The position numbers and the translations under genes were made by a program. Below are positions 62,939-64,000 of a stretch of 64,000 bases of DNA, piece after piece. The notes under the pieces were generated by a model. That model was not told the origin of the DNA. It saw nothing but the letters and a program-made list of their open reading frames with translations, and ran no database searches. Within the stretch, counting starts at the first letter, position 1; each line of letters begins with the position of its first letter. Where the stretch lies: the NCBI GenBank assembly GCA_963833225.1, contig CAWHXD010000008.1:416001-480000 (forward strand), written 5' to 3'. Source of the stretch: an uncultured Chloroflexia bacterium. GTDB lineage: Bacteria > Chloroflexota > Limnocylindria > Limnocylindrales > CSP1-4.

Positions 62939-64000
62939 GTGACCACCAGCGAACCCACCAGGGCGGGCAGCGGCTTCCGATCCGACGTCGAAGGTCTTCG
63001 CGGCCTGGCTGTCGGTGTCGTCGTGCTGTTCCACGCCGGGCTTCTCGGCCTCGTGGGCGGCTTCATCGGCGTCGACGTCTTCTTCGTCATCAGTGGCTTC
63101 CTGATCACTGGGCTGCTGCTGCGCGAGCACGACCGAAGCGGCCGGATCAACCTCTTGAAGTTCTACGCGCGTCGCGTCCGCCGGCTGCTGCCCGCAGCCA
63201 CCGTCGTCCTCGTTGCGACGCTGTTCGTCTCGCTCAACCTGGTCGCGCCCCTTGATCGACCGGCGGTCGGTCTCGACGCTGCCGCTGCCGCCATGTCGAT
63301 CGGCAACGTCCGGTTCGCGATGGCCGCCGGCGACTACTTCACGAGCGTCGCCGCCCCGTCGCCGTTCCTCCACTTCTGGAGCCTTGCCGTTGAAGAGCAG
63401 TTCTACCTCATCTGGCCGGCCCTGATCCTCCTGGTCGCCCGTGGCGTCCACGCTCGTCGACGGGTGTTGATCGCCCTCGCTGGAGTCGCCATCGCTTCGT
63501 TCGCAGCCAACCTGTTCCTCACCGACGCGGCCGCCAACTGGGCCTTCTACTCCCTTCCGACGCGGGCCTGGGAGCTGGGGCTCGGTGGCCTGCTTGCCGC
63601 CGGCTCCGTCGCCGTCGCCAAGGTCCCTGATCGTATCGTCGGGATCGGCGGCTGGGTCGGCCTCGCGGCGATCGGCGTCGCGACCTTCGCCTACAGTTCA
63701 GGCCTCGCGTACCCGGGCATCGCGGCCGTCCTGCCGGCCGTCGGCACCGTCCTTCTCCTGGCGGGCGGCACGCGCCGCCTTGGACCGGGAAGGCTGATGT
63801 CGCTCAGGCCGCTGCGCTTCCTCGGCGCGATCAGCTATTCCCTCTACCTCGTGCACTGGCCCATCCTCGTGCTCGCGCCGTTCGTCCTCGGCGCGCCGGC
63901 GGATGGCCCTACGCTTGTCGGCCTCGTCGCCTTGTCGATCGCGGTCGCCTACGTCTGCCAGAGGCTCGTCGAGACGCCGTTCCGCACCGGTCTGCCGCGA
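62939..64000 (+). CDS. Acyltransferase family 3 (OafA/OatA-like), runs off window end
   Basis: Own translation: FRSDVEGLRGLAV, GVDVFFVISGFLIT, FYARRVRRLLP, HFWSLAVEEQFYL, ISYSLYLVHWP. Confidence 0.93.
   Translation, partial: MTTSEPTRAGSGFRSDVEGLRGLAVGVVVLFHAGLLGLVGGFIGVDVFFVISGFLITGLLLREHDRSGRINLLKFYARRVRRLLPAATVVLVATLFVSLNLVAPLDRPAVGLDAAAAAMSIGNVRFAMAAGDYFTSVAAPSPFLHFWSLAVEEQFYLIWPALILLVARGVHARRRVLIALAGVAIASFAANLFLTDAAANWAFYSLPTRAWELGLGGLLAAGSVAVAKVPDRIVGIGGWVGLAAIGVATFAYSSGLAYPGIAAVLPAVGTVLLLAGGTRRLGPGRLMSLRPLRFLGAISYSLYLVHWPILVLAPFVLGAPADGPTLVGLVALSIAVAYVCQRLVETPFRTGLPR

Overview
High-GC bacterial chromosomal window. Gene content suggests Chloroflexota, possibly the Limnocylindria/Ellin6529 lineage; this is inference, not verified. 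From left to right it holds: the 5' part of the dcw cluster (mraZ-rsmH-small ORF-ftsL-ftsI-murF-mraY-murD), a LysM protein, an uncharacterised 880-aa membrane protein, RNase P RNA, sdhCDAB divergent from sucCD, a propionyl-CoA carboxylase/methylmalonyl-CoA operon, a parAB pair, lipid genes, an envelope-stress operon (LiaF-like, PspC, GIDE-like, LemA), msrA, a tungsten locus (two AORs, tupABC, moaD, moeA), a PAS adenylate cyclase, a Crp/Fnr operon and O-acetylation genes. The strongest unexplained signal is one 16-bp near-palindrome, GTCTTTGCGCAAGGAC, present in four identical copies within 5 kb around and inside parAB. The ParB has an atypical recognition helix and the parA promoter carries DnaA boxes, so this is a candidate ParABS system with a non-canonical parS. 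Other leads are a Pol-beta-type nucleotidyltransferase divergent from a DEDDh exonuclease, a ~130-bp dispersed inverted-repeat element in two copies, and an extra 65-aa gene inside the dcw cluster. Several genes carry single-base frameshifts that are probably sequencing errors.
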